This document shows, in pieces, positions 10,638 to 20,343 of a DNA stretch of 32,000 nucleotides. The notes under the pieces are model-generated. The model had not been told where the DNA came from. It worked only from the letters and a program-made list of their open reading frames with translations, and did no database searches. The first letter of the stretch is position 1, and every line of letters starts with the position of its first letter. The position numbers and the translations under genes were made by a program. Source of the DNA: a virus; IMG/VR virus record IMGVR_UViG_3300045988_175865, positions 1 through 32,000 of that record; one strand, written 5' to 3'.

Positions 10638-13600
10638 TGGAATGTACATATGAAACTACAATAAACGGTAAGAAGATAAAGTTCAGCTCCGAAATGGAGC
10701 TGGACAACTTCTTATCAAGTAAATTAGCAGATTATCAAATAAACGAATCAGATTTAACTTTTCAAATTAATCCTATAGATAGTACTATAGAGAAGGTAAA
10801 TGCTATTACAAGTAAAGTTAAAAATGCTTCTATAGAATCTGTAATTATAAATGATGATGGAGATTCAGAAACTATACTTAAGATTCCTGACTCAATAGGT
10901 ACTACTAGATTTATTACATCTAATGGGGATCCTTCTAATATGCAAAAGGAATTAGTTCCTCCTTTTAACTTAAATGATTTCTTAAAAAAAGAAAGAGAAA
11001 GATTAAGTGCAGAAGGAATGACTAAATCTCAAATTGATTCATATTTAGAAAAGTTACAAAAGTCTTGAACTCAGTTAACTGATTATGGTACTGAAATACA
11101 TTCCTTATTTGAAAGTATTATTAATAATACTACATTCAAACCAACTAATTTGAGTGAAGAACAGGTATTACGTTTAACTGAAGAATTTAAATCCTTTATT
11201 GAAGATATTAAATCTAAATATGGTAAAAATGCTAAAATCTTAACAGAAGTTCCTATAATATCAGATAAAATTCATGAAGCATATCAATCAGAAGGAATTA
11301 AAAGTATTAATGGTAGAATTGATATGCTAGTTATTGACCAGAGAGGATTTGCTCATATTTATGATTTTAAAGTTTCTAGAAAAGAAGTAGGAATATGAGA
11401 GGATACTAGAAACATACAAGGATCAACTACATGGCACTCTACTAAAAAACGTTCTGTGGGGTATCAGTTAGGAATATATAAGAATATTCTAGCACAATAT
11501 GGCATTACTGTAGGAGAAACAAACGTTGTTCCTATTAAAATAGATCCAGAATATAATGAAGATGGAACTATTAATAAGCTAAATGATGCTTATATTGATT
11601 TTACTAAAATAAAAGTAAATCCTAATGCTCCATATACAGAAACTATAAATACTATTCTTCCAGTAAAAACATTACTTGATGATATTGATCTTATAAACTC
11701 AATTCAGGAACCAATGACTAAATTTGTTCCTAATTATGCAGTAGAAACTCAGGTACAGAGAAATACAGTTACTGTGGATAAATACATTAATAATCCTAGA
11801 ATTGTACACTATATTGATGACACTGACCCAGAACGAAAGTTTGGAAAATACTGAATTTGGAATAAATATAAGAAGAATCGTAAAGTATATGCTAAAACAG
11901 AGGAGGAACTCAGAGAAAAAGTACAAGAATTAGTAAATGAAGAAAATAAACATATTCACTCTGAAATGTCTACCTTAGCGGATACCATTCAACAAATTAT
12001 TGAAGGATATGAATCCATTGATGACTTAGCTGCTGATAACCCATTTAAGTCTGATTATTGTAAAAAGATATTTAGAAAATATTTAGTAAAAAAGAGTGAA
12101 ACTGACTATGGATGAACTTTTCAAAATAATCCTAAATTTATAGCTGCAGGTATATTTGTATTTACTAAGGATGGTAAAATGGAAATAATATCTGTTACTC
12201 ATAATGATATTCATTCAGTTGTTAATTTAGGTCTTGGCAAATCTATTCAAGGAGCAACTAAAAAGGATAGTGATATTGATAGTCATGTAATAATGCAAGC
12301 ATCTAACGGTAATATTGACCTTGTTAAAGTTATGTGTTTATTAAATAATATGCCTGAGGTACTTAAAGGATACAAAGTTAATAAAATAGAATCACATAAT
12401 ATTTGAATTCAAAAAGGTACTGAGACCTATTTAGAAACTCTTTTAGATAATTTTTCTGAATTATGCAGGATACATGGTATTACCAATAATCTTACATCTC
12501 AAAATTTTGCAACAACATTAGAAGCAGCTGTAAATATAATAAGAGATACTGCTGGTGAAGAATTACTATCTCACATGGGTAATTGAGAATTTAATTTTAG
12601 TCCTAATGATATTGTAAATGGAGTTCCATTCATCTTGCAGAAAATGGAACAACTAAGAAAATTAAAATCTGCAGATGGCCTTCGTACTGCTTTAAGAGAA
12701 GGCAAATGAAATTTTGATGATCCTATTCAGCTAGCATATATGTTATTAGGCAGAGCACTAAATAAACTTAACGGATACTCTATTTATATTGAACAAGATC
12801 CTAAATTGTGAGTAAATTTTTCTAGGGAAGGATGATACACTGGTTCATATGTGAATAGTGCTAGTAACTCTTCTTCTAAAAATATTCAAACATTAAGTAA
12901 AATATTTTCAGTAGCAGAAGCTCATATTAGAAGGAAAGAATTATCATACAAACCTAGGATTAGTAAAGTAGTTAAGGCTTTATATGAATACAATCACAGA
13001 AATAGACTTATTGGAGGTGAGGTTAAGTTTTTTGATAACTTATTTGTTAAGGATACAAACGGTAATATAGATAAATCATTTAGACTAAAAAATCCTTCAG
13101 ATAGTAGTTTGGCTAAGGAAGAATCTGACTTTATTAAGATGTTTCTAGAGATAGTAAATGATTTTAGATTTGATGGTAATCAAAGTAAAATAGCTAAAGC
13201 CATTGAAGACGGTTCTTACTATGAAGTTCCTGTTTCTATGGGAAGTACATCTACTCAAATCCACAATAAAGGATATAAACAAGCCTTTACATCTAAATAT
13301 AATGAAGCTTTAAACTTTCTAAAACTTCTTCCTGAACAAGAGCAACAATTTAGGGAATCAAAAGGAGAGCCAAAGGTATATAATAAATATAGATTAAATG
13401 GACTTAGTAGATCTGATTTAATTGAAAATTATGGGATAGATGGTCTAGAAACTCAACTTGAAGATTTGCTATTAAATGTCATCCATACATACACAATGGA
13501 AGAAGTAATGAATGAATATCTTCCCAGACTTCAAGGTATTAAGATTGCCTTACAATATCAAACTGGGATGTTTGGAGTAGTTACTGATCATGTTTTAGAA

Positions 13601-15037
13601 TATATAGATAAATTTATTGATGCTAACGTTTATAGTAAGCCTATTATGGCTAAAGAATTGCAAGGTGCATATAAGATGTTATCTGTAGTTAAATCAATAA
13701 CAACAGCTACCGCTCTCGGTTTAAATCTTAGATCAGGTATTCGAGAAATGATGCAGGGAATGTGAATACATCTAAGTAGAACTATGGCAGAAGCTTATGG
13801 AAAGGATCAGTTTACTAAAAAAGATGTTGCTAAAGCATGGGCTATTATATTTAAACAAAGTGTTAAAGATATTAATACTTTAACATTAATTGATGCCTTA
13901 AATGTGGATTATGGAATGGCTAACGCCGATCCCCATCAAGTCCAAGAGAGACTAAGTTCATCTAAAGCAGGTATTAAAAATTTAGATTCTGATTCACTAT
14001 ACTTCTTTAATAGAGTACCTGACTCGTATCATAGAATGGGATTATTAATTGCTAAGATGTTGCATGACGGATGTTATGAAGCTCATAGTATTGTCAATGA
14101 CCAACTTATCTATGATTTCAAAAAGGATAAAAGATTTAGTTTATTGTCTGATTCTAAAGCTGATAAGAATTCTATAGAGTATAAAAAGCAACATGCTTTA
14201 TATACTGCTATGAGAGAACAGTTTAATAGAGAAGGATGAAATATCCAAGATGGAGATGATTTACCACGGGCTTATACTATTCAAGAAGGAACTAGTATTA
14301 AATCGTTTGCGGAATTATGCTTTGGGCACTATGATAAAAGTACGCAAATGCTTATGAAACAAATGTTTCTAGGTGCTATGATTCTACAATTCAGAACATT
14401 CCTATCAGCTAAGTTTGAACAGTGGATATTAAAGCCAGATACTTATAATCAAGGTCAATACACTGAAAAATTTGATGAAAATGGAGTAAGATATATTCGT
14501 ATATTTACATTTGATGAAAAAGGAATTCCATCTGTTAGAATCGGTCTTGAAACAGAATTAAAACCTGATGATATTTGGGAACCTTACATTGAATGGCAAG
14601 GCAGATTTATGGAGGGAATTGCATATTCAATAATTAGTTTTGGAAAAACATTATACAAGTTAGATTTTAATGGTTTTAAAGAACTATGAAAAAATCCAAC
14701 TAAAAGAGCTAATTTCTATTTATTCTTACATGATATGATCTGAATGTCTATACTTATGTGAATTGTTAAAGCTCTATTTTTATCTGAAGAAGAAGATCTT
14801 GGACCTGTGGGTCATTTAGTAGGTACTTCATTATATACATCTTTTTCTGACGGGCCAATTACTAATATTATGGCTTCAATGTTTGGAGATTTAAATCCAC
14901 CTATGCATAGCATAGTTGTGAACTTATATAGACAAACTTCTGGAATAATTACAGGAGATGTTAATTTATTTGATGCTAGTGTCAATTCATTTGGAGCATT
15001 AAATAGTTTAAAATATATTGGTGATCAGTTAGAATAA
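10637..15037 (+). CDS. Giant protein 2 (about 1466 aa) with an N-proximal PD-(D/E)xK (RecB/Cas4-like) nuclease domain and hydrophobic C-terminal segments; probably a virion or ejected protein
   Basis: ATG overlaps the upstream TAA (TAATG at 10635-10639). Eight ORF-track pieces (10637 to 14807) share one frame and are joined by about 14 in-frame TGAs, ending at TAA 15035. Nuclease motifs are GTEIH (11087), GRIDML (11312), IYDFKVS (11357) and QLGIY (11465). Confidence 0.7.
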
Positions 15038-15085
15038 AAAAAGAACCCCTTTGTCGTACGCATAGTACAACAAAGGGGTATTTTA
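15038..15085. terminator. Bidirectional rho-independent terminator between the convergent modules
   Basis: CCCCTTTGT (15045-15053) pairs with ACAAAGGGG (15069-15077), and the stem extends by GTAC/GTAC. It is flanked by an A-run (15035-15042, a U-run for the minus transcript) and by TATTTTA downstream on the + strand. Confidence 0.75.
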
Positions 15086-15104
15086 TAAATTTATAGTTAA
15101 TAGA

Positions 15105-15611
15105 TTACTTGGGAATTAACACCATGTTCATTCTTTTACCTTCCAACTTTGGTTTAGATTCAACTTTAGCAATATCTTCAAGATCCGTAGTCAAACGTAA
15201 CAAAAGAGATTCTCCCTGATCTTTAAACATAATTTCTCTACCTTTAAACATTATGTATGCTTTTACTTTAGCTTTTGAATTGATAAATTCTCTAGCATGT
15301 TTTAGTTTAAATTGATAATCATGTTCGTCTGTCTGTGGACCAAATCTTAGTTCTTTAACTATAACTTTCGCTTGACCTGCTTTTAAGACTTTTTCCCGTT
15401 TTTTCTGTTGGTATAGAAATTTCTGATAATCTTGAAAAATACATACTGATACTTGGTTTTTATTGTTATCAATATATACTGATAGTTCAATTAAATCAGT
15501 ATTAGTATCTACAGCCTTCCTTAAAGCATCAGAAAGAGAAATTAACTCCCCGCTATCTTTTATTCTGATAATCTGAGAGTTAATTTCATAATTTATAGAG
15601 TAATTTTTCAT
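15105..15611 (-). CDS. infC: Translation initiation factor IF-3 homologue
   Basis: 168 aa covering both IF-3 domains. VKELRFGPQTDEHDYQFKL, FKGREIMFKDQG and EGKRMNMVLIPK match E. coli IF3 VKEIKFRPGTDEGDYQVKL, FRGREMAHQQIG and EGRQMIMVLAPK. The N-domain (IRIKDSGE...DLIEL...CIFQDYQKFLYQQ) also matches. No TGA; ATG start. Confidence 0.9.
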   Translation of the reverse strand: MKNYSINYEINSQIIRIKDSGELISLSDALRKAVDTNTDLIELSVYIDNNKNQVSVCIFQDYQKFLYQQKKREKVLKAGQAKVIVKELRFGPQTDEHDYQFKLKHAREFINSKAKVKAYIMFKGREIMFKDQGESLLLRLTTDLEDIAKVESKPKLEGKRMNMVLIPK

Positions 15612-15779
15612 TTACTTCTTTACTTTCTTATCATTATTACATACTGTACAAGTACCTACTCCAGTTTTTTCATTTATATTAAAAACTCTTTTAAATTTAC
15701 CGTAAGTAGTATCTTGAAACTTGTGAACAATATTATTTTGTGCACAGCTGTTACAGTATTTTATTTCTGTATTTGCCAT
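15612..15779 (-). CDS. Small CxxC...CxxC zinc-ribbon protein (55 aa) with a basic tail
   Basis: Translation: MANTEIKYCNSCAQNN...GTCTVCNNDKKVKK. It is below the ORF-track length cut-off. Its stop abuts the infC ATG. Confidence 0.5.
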   Translation of the reverse strand: MANTEIKYCNSCAQNNIVHKFQDTTYGKFKRVFNINEKTGVGTCTVCNNDKKVKK

Positions 15780-15800
15780 TTTTATATATTTTAAAATTAA

Positions 15801-16496
15801 TTATTTAAGTATTTTAGAAGCTAAATCTGAAACTTTATTAAATAGATTCTCGATACTTCCATCATTATTAATGATATAATCAAATTTATTATTTTGAAAT
15901 AGTTCTATTACTTCACTTTCACTACGATGAGACCCTGGAATTTGATTTCTGTCTATATAAATAACTATTCCATTATTATTTTTTACTTGTTCATATTCAT
16001 TAATAAATCTTAAATCTGATATAATAATATTATCTTTATCTAATAAAGTTCTTAGTACTCAGAAGTTATTTCCAAAATATTCTCTTATTATTTCAGTTCC
16101 AAATATTTGTAAAAGTTGTCTAATACTAATATAATAGTTTGATATAACATTTAACTTTTTTGATTTTATCATTCTGCTTAGTTGCTTATCTGTGATCATT
16201 AGATTATTATCAGGAAAAGCTGTAATATGGATACTCTGTAGGTTAATATATCAATTCTCCTTGAAATCTCTATCATTAAATTTTTCAACTGGAACATTAA
16301 TTAAAACAGATAAAGCTTCCTTCATTGAAGAGGCGAAACTTGTGATTTCATATTTAGATACAATAAAATCATATACTAGGCAATACAACCAATATTGTCT
16401 CATTCATTTGGGAACTGAAAGACAATATCTTATCATATGGGCAGTTAAATCCTTACCAGAATTTTTAAGCCCAGAAATTGCTATAATAGTCTTCAT
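15801..16496 (-). CDS. Deoxynucleoside monophosphate kinase (T4 gp1-like)
   Basis: MKTIIAISGLKNSGKD (P-loop), RQLLQIFGTEIIREYFGNNF-W-V, ISDLRFINE and INNDGSIENLFNKV parallel T4 gp1 LSGVKRSGKD, RRLMQALGTDLIV, PDTRQDHE and ITNDGSLEELFSKI. The ORF is 232 codons only if two in-frame TGAs are sense. It lies antisense to ORF-track 16192..16668. Confidence 0.85.
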
Positions 16497-16499
16497 TAG

Positions 16500-17714
16500 T
16501 TATTCAAGTGTAAATTTAGCAGTAAAGTTCATATTAGGATATGAATCCTTAAGGGACCCATTATACACTGAATATAACTTTTTTATAATGCTGTCCTTAA
16601 TAAAGTTTCTAGATAGTTCTTTGTCTTTGCTGTTAGTACTATTTAAGTACAATTTGTCTATTATATAGTTAATAAACCCCTCATAAACTTCTTCTTTTTT
16701 TATCTCTAAAATAGATAATATATAGTTAAATGACTTAGAATTATAAATGTTAGATTCTTTAATAATTTTCCAATTGTGTAAGAGATAAATACTAATTATG
16801 CATTGGTACTTTTTTATATTATACGAAGATAGAAGCTTTATACCTAAAGTAATATCATCAAGATTAGTAGATAATATCATTTTACCTAAGCTTACAACAC
16901 TATCTTCTGTTAATTCAAGTTGATTATTAGCAACAATTTCATTTAAATCGGAATCATACATAATATCTGAATATTTTGTTTGTAAATTTTCGATAAATTC
17001 AACTTCTTTAATATTAGATAGTAAAACTACAGAACCATAATATATTTGTTTACAATCGTTTGGTAACACAGATCCATTTATTAACATAGAGGCCCATCCA
17101 TATAGTCCTTCAAGATTTGGATCTTTATATTTGTTAAATACAGAGTTGAAATATGAAGATTTATTAGGGTCTAAAATCTTATCTATAATATAGTCTATAA
17201 AATAATAGCAGTTTTTACTTGAGGAATACAAAATTAAAACGTCCTTAATCTTTTTAGATGATACTAACGATGATACTTCATAGGTCTCAAAAGATATTTT
17301 ATCGCTTATAACAATAGCATCTGCTTTAGATGGGTCTAAGCAACGTTTAATATTAGTTAAACTATTAAGGTTACGTCGTGGATATTCACTGGTAGGATCA
17401 AAATATATCTTTTTTAAGTTAAGTTGACTACTAATTCTATGCTTAGAATTAATTTTATTATTAATACAAGTACTATCTCCAAGATATATACCTTTTGCAG
17501 TCACAGGTGTAGTAACTATTTTACCATTCTTATAGTATAGATAAGAAGAACTATAAAAATCAGCATTATACCAAATATAACTGTGTTCAGTGTCTCCAAA
17601 GTCGTTTAATCATACCAGATCTGTTAAACTAGCATCCTCAACATTAGTATCAAATCTTGTTTTTTGGTTATATATAATATATTTTATATTATTTTTATTA
17701 ATATGTAATAACAT
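16500..17714 (-). CDS. Hypothetical protein (404 aa)
   Basis: ORF-track 16500..17504 extends upstream in frame through one TGA to the ATG at 17714. It is tightly packed between its neighbours. Confidence 0.6.
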
Positions 17715-17715
17715 T

Positions 17716-18798
17716 TTAAATAAGTTTTGCAGCTAATTTTGGGTTAAGTAATAGTTTATTACATTTACCAGGATAGTGTTTGTTTAGTGTTCTTACTAGG
17801 CTAAAGAGTAGATCTTCAGTTAACAATAACTTATCATTATCAACTATCCTAAGAATACGATCTATAATTAGGTCCATTTTACACCCAGGTTTACTAAGAT
17901 ATAATAAGCTATAATTTATAAATCTAGTGGTAATTACAGAAGCTATATCGGCACGATACTTACCTTTATCATATAATTGATTCTCAAGTATCCTTTTAAT
18001 ATCGTTCCAATCCGTATTAACTAGTTCTTCTGGGGAAGGAAGTTTATCTAATTTATTAGCTATGAATGTAGTAAATAATCCCCCAACAATATCATCACTA
18101 TCAAGAAAACATCCAGAAGCTATTTGCAGAATAAAGGATAAATTCTCAGGTTTAGACCAATCATCAATACTAGAAATAGTATTAATAAACATAGTATAAT
18201 TGCGAGCATTAATTTTAGACTGCCTAGATTTTGAACGGTCCATTAATTCATCACTATAAAGAAGCATAAAGTTAATCGCCTGATTATTATACCCTTTTTC
18301 CTCGGCATATTTAGCCCAATCATATTTATCAAACTTAATATTAAAGTTTAACATACGGGTTTTTATAGCCTCATCAATTTCTGTTACATTAAAATCTCCC
18401 CCTTCAGGATTAGCTGTTAAAATAACAGTACTATTAGGAGGTAATTTCCAAGAGAAATATTCTTGTCTTGATATAAGCTCCATAATAGCAGCCAATACAA
18501 TTGGAGAGCTACGATTCACATCGTCAAGATTCAAAATTGTAGGTTTACTTAGATCAATACTTTTTATCCATTCTGGAATTGCATAGCTCATTCTAGTTTC
18601 CTCAGATATTTCCCAACCTGCTTTACTATAACTTTCTATAAGTTCTGCAGTTATCCATCTACATTCATCATTTTTACATACATAGTGCTCTTTAATTGGC
18701 CACCCGCAAATTTCTCCTGGGTCTGAAATTTGACTAAGGTTTTTCTTGATGTAATTAGCACCAATTTCACTAGCTATTTGTTCGATTAAACTCGTTTT
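17716..18798 (-). CDS. MoxR/AAA_5-type AAA+ ATPase, exon 2
   Basis: Begins KTSLIEQIA (the second half of Walker A). Walker B-like ILNLDDVNR, sensor-1-like VILTANP, and DEAIKTRM. No TGA; all eight Trp codons are TGG. Confidence 0.8.
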   Translation of the reverse strand, partial: KTSLIEQIASEIGANYIKKNLSQISDPGEICGWPIKEHYVCKNDECRWITAELIESYSKAGWEISEETRMSYAIPEWIKSIDLSKPTILNLDDVNRSSPIVLAAIMELISRQEYFSWKLPPNSTVILTANPEGGDFNVTEIDEAIKTRMLNFNIKFDKYDWAKYAEEKGYNNQAINFMLLYSDELMDRSKSRQSKINARNYTMFINTISSIDDWSKPENLSFILQIASGCFLDSDDIVGGLFTTFIANKLDKLPSPEELVNTDWNDIKRILENQLYDKGKYRADIASVITTRFINYSLLYLSKPGCKMDLIIDRILRIVDNDKLLLTEDLLFSLVRTLNKHYPGKCNKLLLNPKLAAKLI

Positions 18799-20215
18799 CA
18801 ATTTTGTTATCTCTAGAGCTTTTTATCTCTAGATTCTATATCTTCATATTCGATATAGTTCAGCATATCTTTTCACCTCTAAAAATAGTAAGGTGGAGCA
18901 CACTCGTGGGAAAATTATATTCTGTACAACAGGTTCATTTCCTATGCGTTGCACTGTAGCAAATCATTTAAATCTGCTATTAGCTCAGGATTAGCATCTC
19001 AGCCTTCCCTGAATTTGCGCTCTAATAATTTTAAAGATTTCTCTTTAAAACGGCAATCTTTGATTTTATTAAATATTTGATATTTTCTATCTAAATAAAT
19101 TGTTGATTTATAATATAGGTGATATAAGTAGGCAGTTGCCTTTATTCCCGAAAAACTAAATGCAAAAGTAAAATCGCTATGATTATTAGAAAACAAATGT
19201 CTAGGCTCTAAGTAGCTTACCATTTTACTTAAAAATTCTTTTGCACCTAAACAGCTTATTTCTGGTTTATCATATAATCCTAATGACCCATCACCATCAA
19301 AATATCCTCTAATAAAATGTCTTATTAAATCTTTAGACTTAAAGATATTTTCATTAGGAAATTTTAAAGTCAGTGACTTTTTAGGAGTACATCCGTAAGA
19401 ATTTAATGTTTCTCATAAGTGTTTATTTGTTAGAGCAAATCTACATCTAAAATATTGCTTATTGTTACATATAATAGATGATATTTTTACTCTATTACCT
19501 GTTACTTGAAAAAACTTCTGTAATTTATATAAATGTTCCACATCAGATCCTTTTAAAGAAACTTCAAAATTATAATGAGGTTTTCCATTTTTAGGAATTG
19601 AAGCAATATATCCATCAGCAAAAATAAAACCCAATCAATAAGCTTTTTCTTCGGTATCTATAATATCAAAAATGTGTTCATTAAATTTTAGCATATTTTG
19701 AGTATTAATAACTGGTATTCCAAGTTTCTTTAATCTAATAGAAAAATTGCTTCGACTAAATTTATATTTATTACTTATTTGTGTTAGGCTATAACCATTA
19801 CTATACATCTGCACTGCCTCTTCAAAGTAAGTATCTAAATTACTCTTTCGTATATTAATGTTATTATTATGAAGAATAGTGGAAATAGTATTTCTGGATA
19901 CATTATATAGTTTAGCTATATCACTACAAGTTTTACCCAAATTATATAGTTTACAAATATTAATTTTTTCAGATAATATTAATTTACTACACTCTCTACA
20001 AAGAGAATTTCTATTAGCTACACGACTAACTGTAGTAGGATGTACTTTACAAATTTTACTTATATCTTTAATCTTATAACCTTGATTATATAAATCAATA
20101 ATCTTATTTTCTAAATCATTACTAATTTTTTGCATAATATTTAAATTTTAAATAAATTAAATCTATGCAAAAGTAATAATATAAAACAATTTAATCAAAT
20201 ATTTTATAATAAATT
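18799..20215 (-). mobile_element. Group I self-splicing intron 3 (about 1.4 kb) with an HTH-LAGLIDADG ORF, splitting the ATPase Walker A motif
   Basis: On the minus strand: AAUCCUGAGC (18983-18992), CAACGCAUAG (18942-18951), AAGAUAUAGAAUC (18832-18844), hairpin UCUAGAG/CUCUAGA (18812-18833), and the end AACAAAAUUG with terminal G at 18799. Exon 1 ends ...PGIG (GGU). Exact splice sites are good to a few nt; the P1 pairing is weak. Confidence 0.75.
18942..20135 (-). CDS. Homing endonuclease: three N-terminal HTH repeats plus a double LAGLIDADG domain, encoded in intron 3
   Basis: ORF-track pieces 19635..20135, 19413..19634 and 18999..19223 are in one frame and are joined by TGAs at 19635, 19413 and 18999. 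Motifs are AY-W-LGFIFADGYI and FIRGYFDGDGSL. TAG at 18942. Confidence 0.85.
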
Positions 20216-20338
20216 ACCTATACCAGGAAGTGAAGTAAGTTGAACACTTATTGGAAATTCTCCTCTTTCTTGGAGAGATCTATTATTGTTTATAATATAT
20301 TTTAAAATAGGTTTTATTTCTCCTAATGTTAGTTCCAT
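20216..20338 (-). CDS. MoxR/AAA_5-type AAA+ ATPase, exon 1 (41 codons)
   Basis: MELTLGEIKPILKYIINNNRSLQERGEFPISVQLTSLPGIG. Joined to KTSLIEQIA it gives the Walker A sequence PGIGKT. Confidence 0.75.
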
Positions 20339-20343
20339 ATTTA

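Noticed and set aside
1610-11926. Minus-strand ORFs inside the giant genes and intron 1 (1610-1816, 2759-3043, 4635-4841, 5439-5621, 6272-6502, 11699-11926).
   Set aside because: All lie antisense to long, motif-bearing coding sequence or to intron/endonuclease sequence. Their translations are hydrophobic and low-complexity, typical of shadow ORFs.
126-15037. The + strand could be read as about 25 separate short genes or as a field of pseudogene fragments, which is what the standard-code ORF track suggests.
   Set aside because: All fragments of each gene are in one frame, and every break is TGA (never TAA or TAG). Conserved motifs run across the breaks. The fragments are two giant genes read with TGA as a sense codon.
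16192-16668. A 158-aa + strand ORF.
   Set aside because: It lies antisense to the well-supported dNMP kinase (15801-16496) and to the start of the next minus-strand gene. Its sequence is low-complexity and Leu/Ile/Ser-rich. It is a shadow ORF in AT-rich DNA.
19879-20079. A + strand 66-aa ORF, and similarly 28644-28832.
   Set aside because: Both lie antisense to the HTH-LAGLIDADG endonuclease and to the kinase/hypothetical gene respectively. Neither has supporting features.
18942-20135. A free-standing homing endonuclease gene between two independent genes, that is a 40-aa ORF and a truncated ATPase.
   Set aside because: The flanking ORFs reconstitute a Walker A motif (PGIG|KT). The 3' flank also has the same ribozyme tail as the other introns. 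Direct RNA evidence is still needed.
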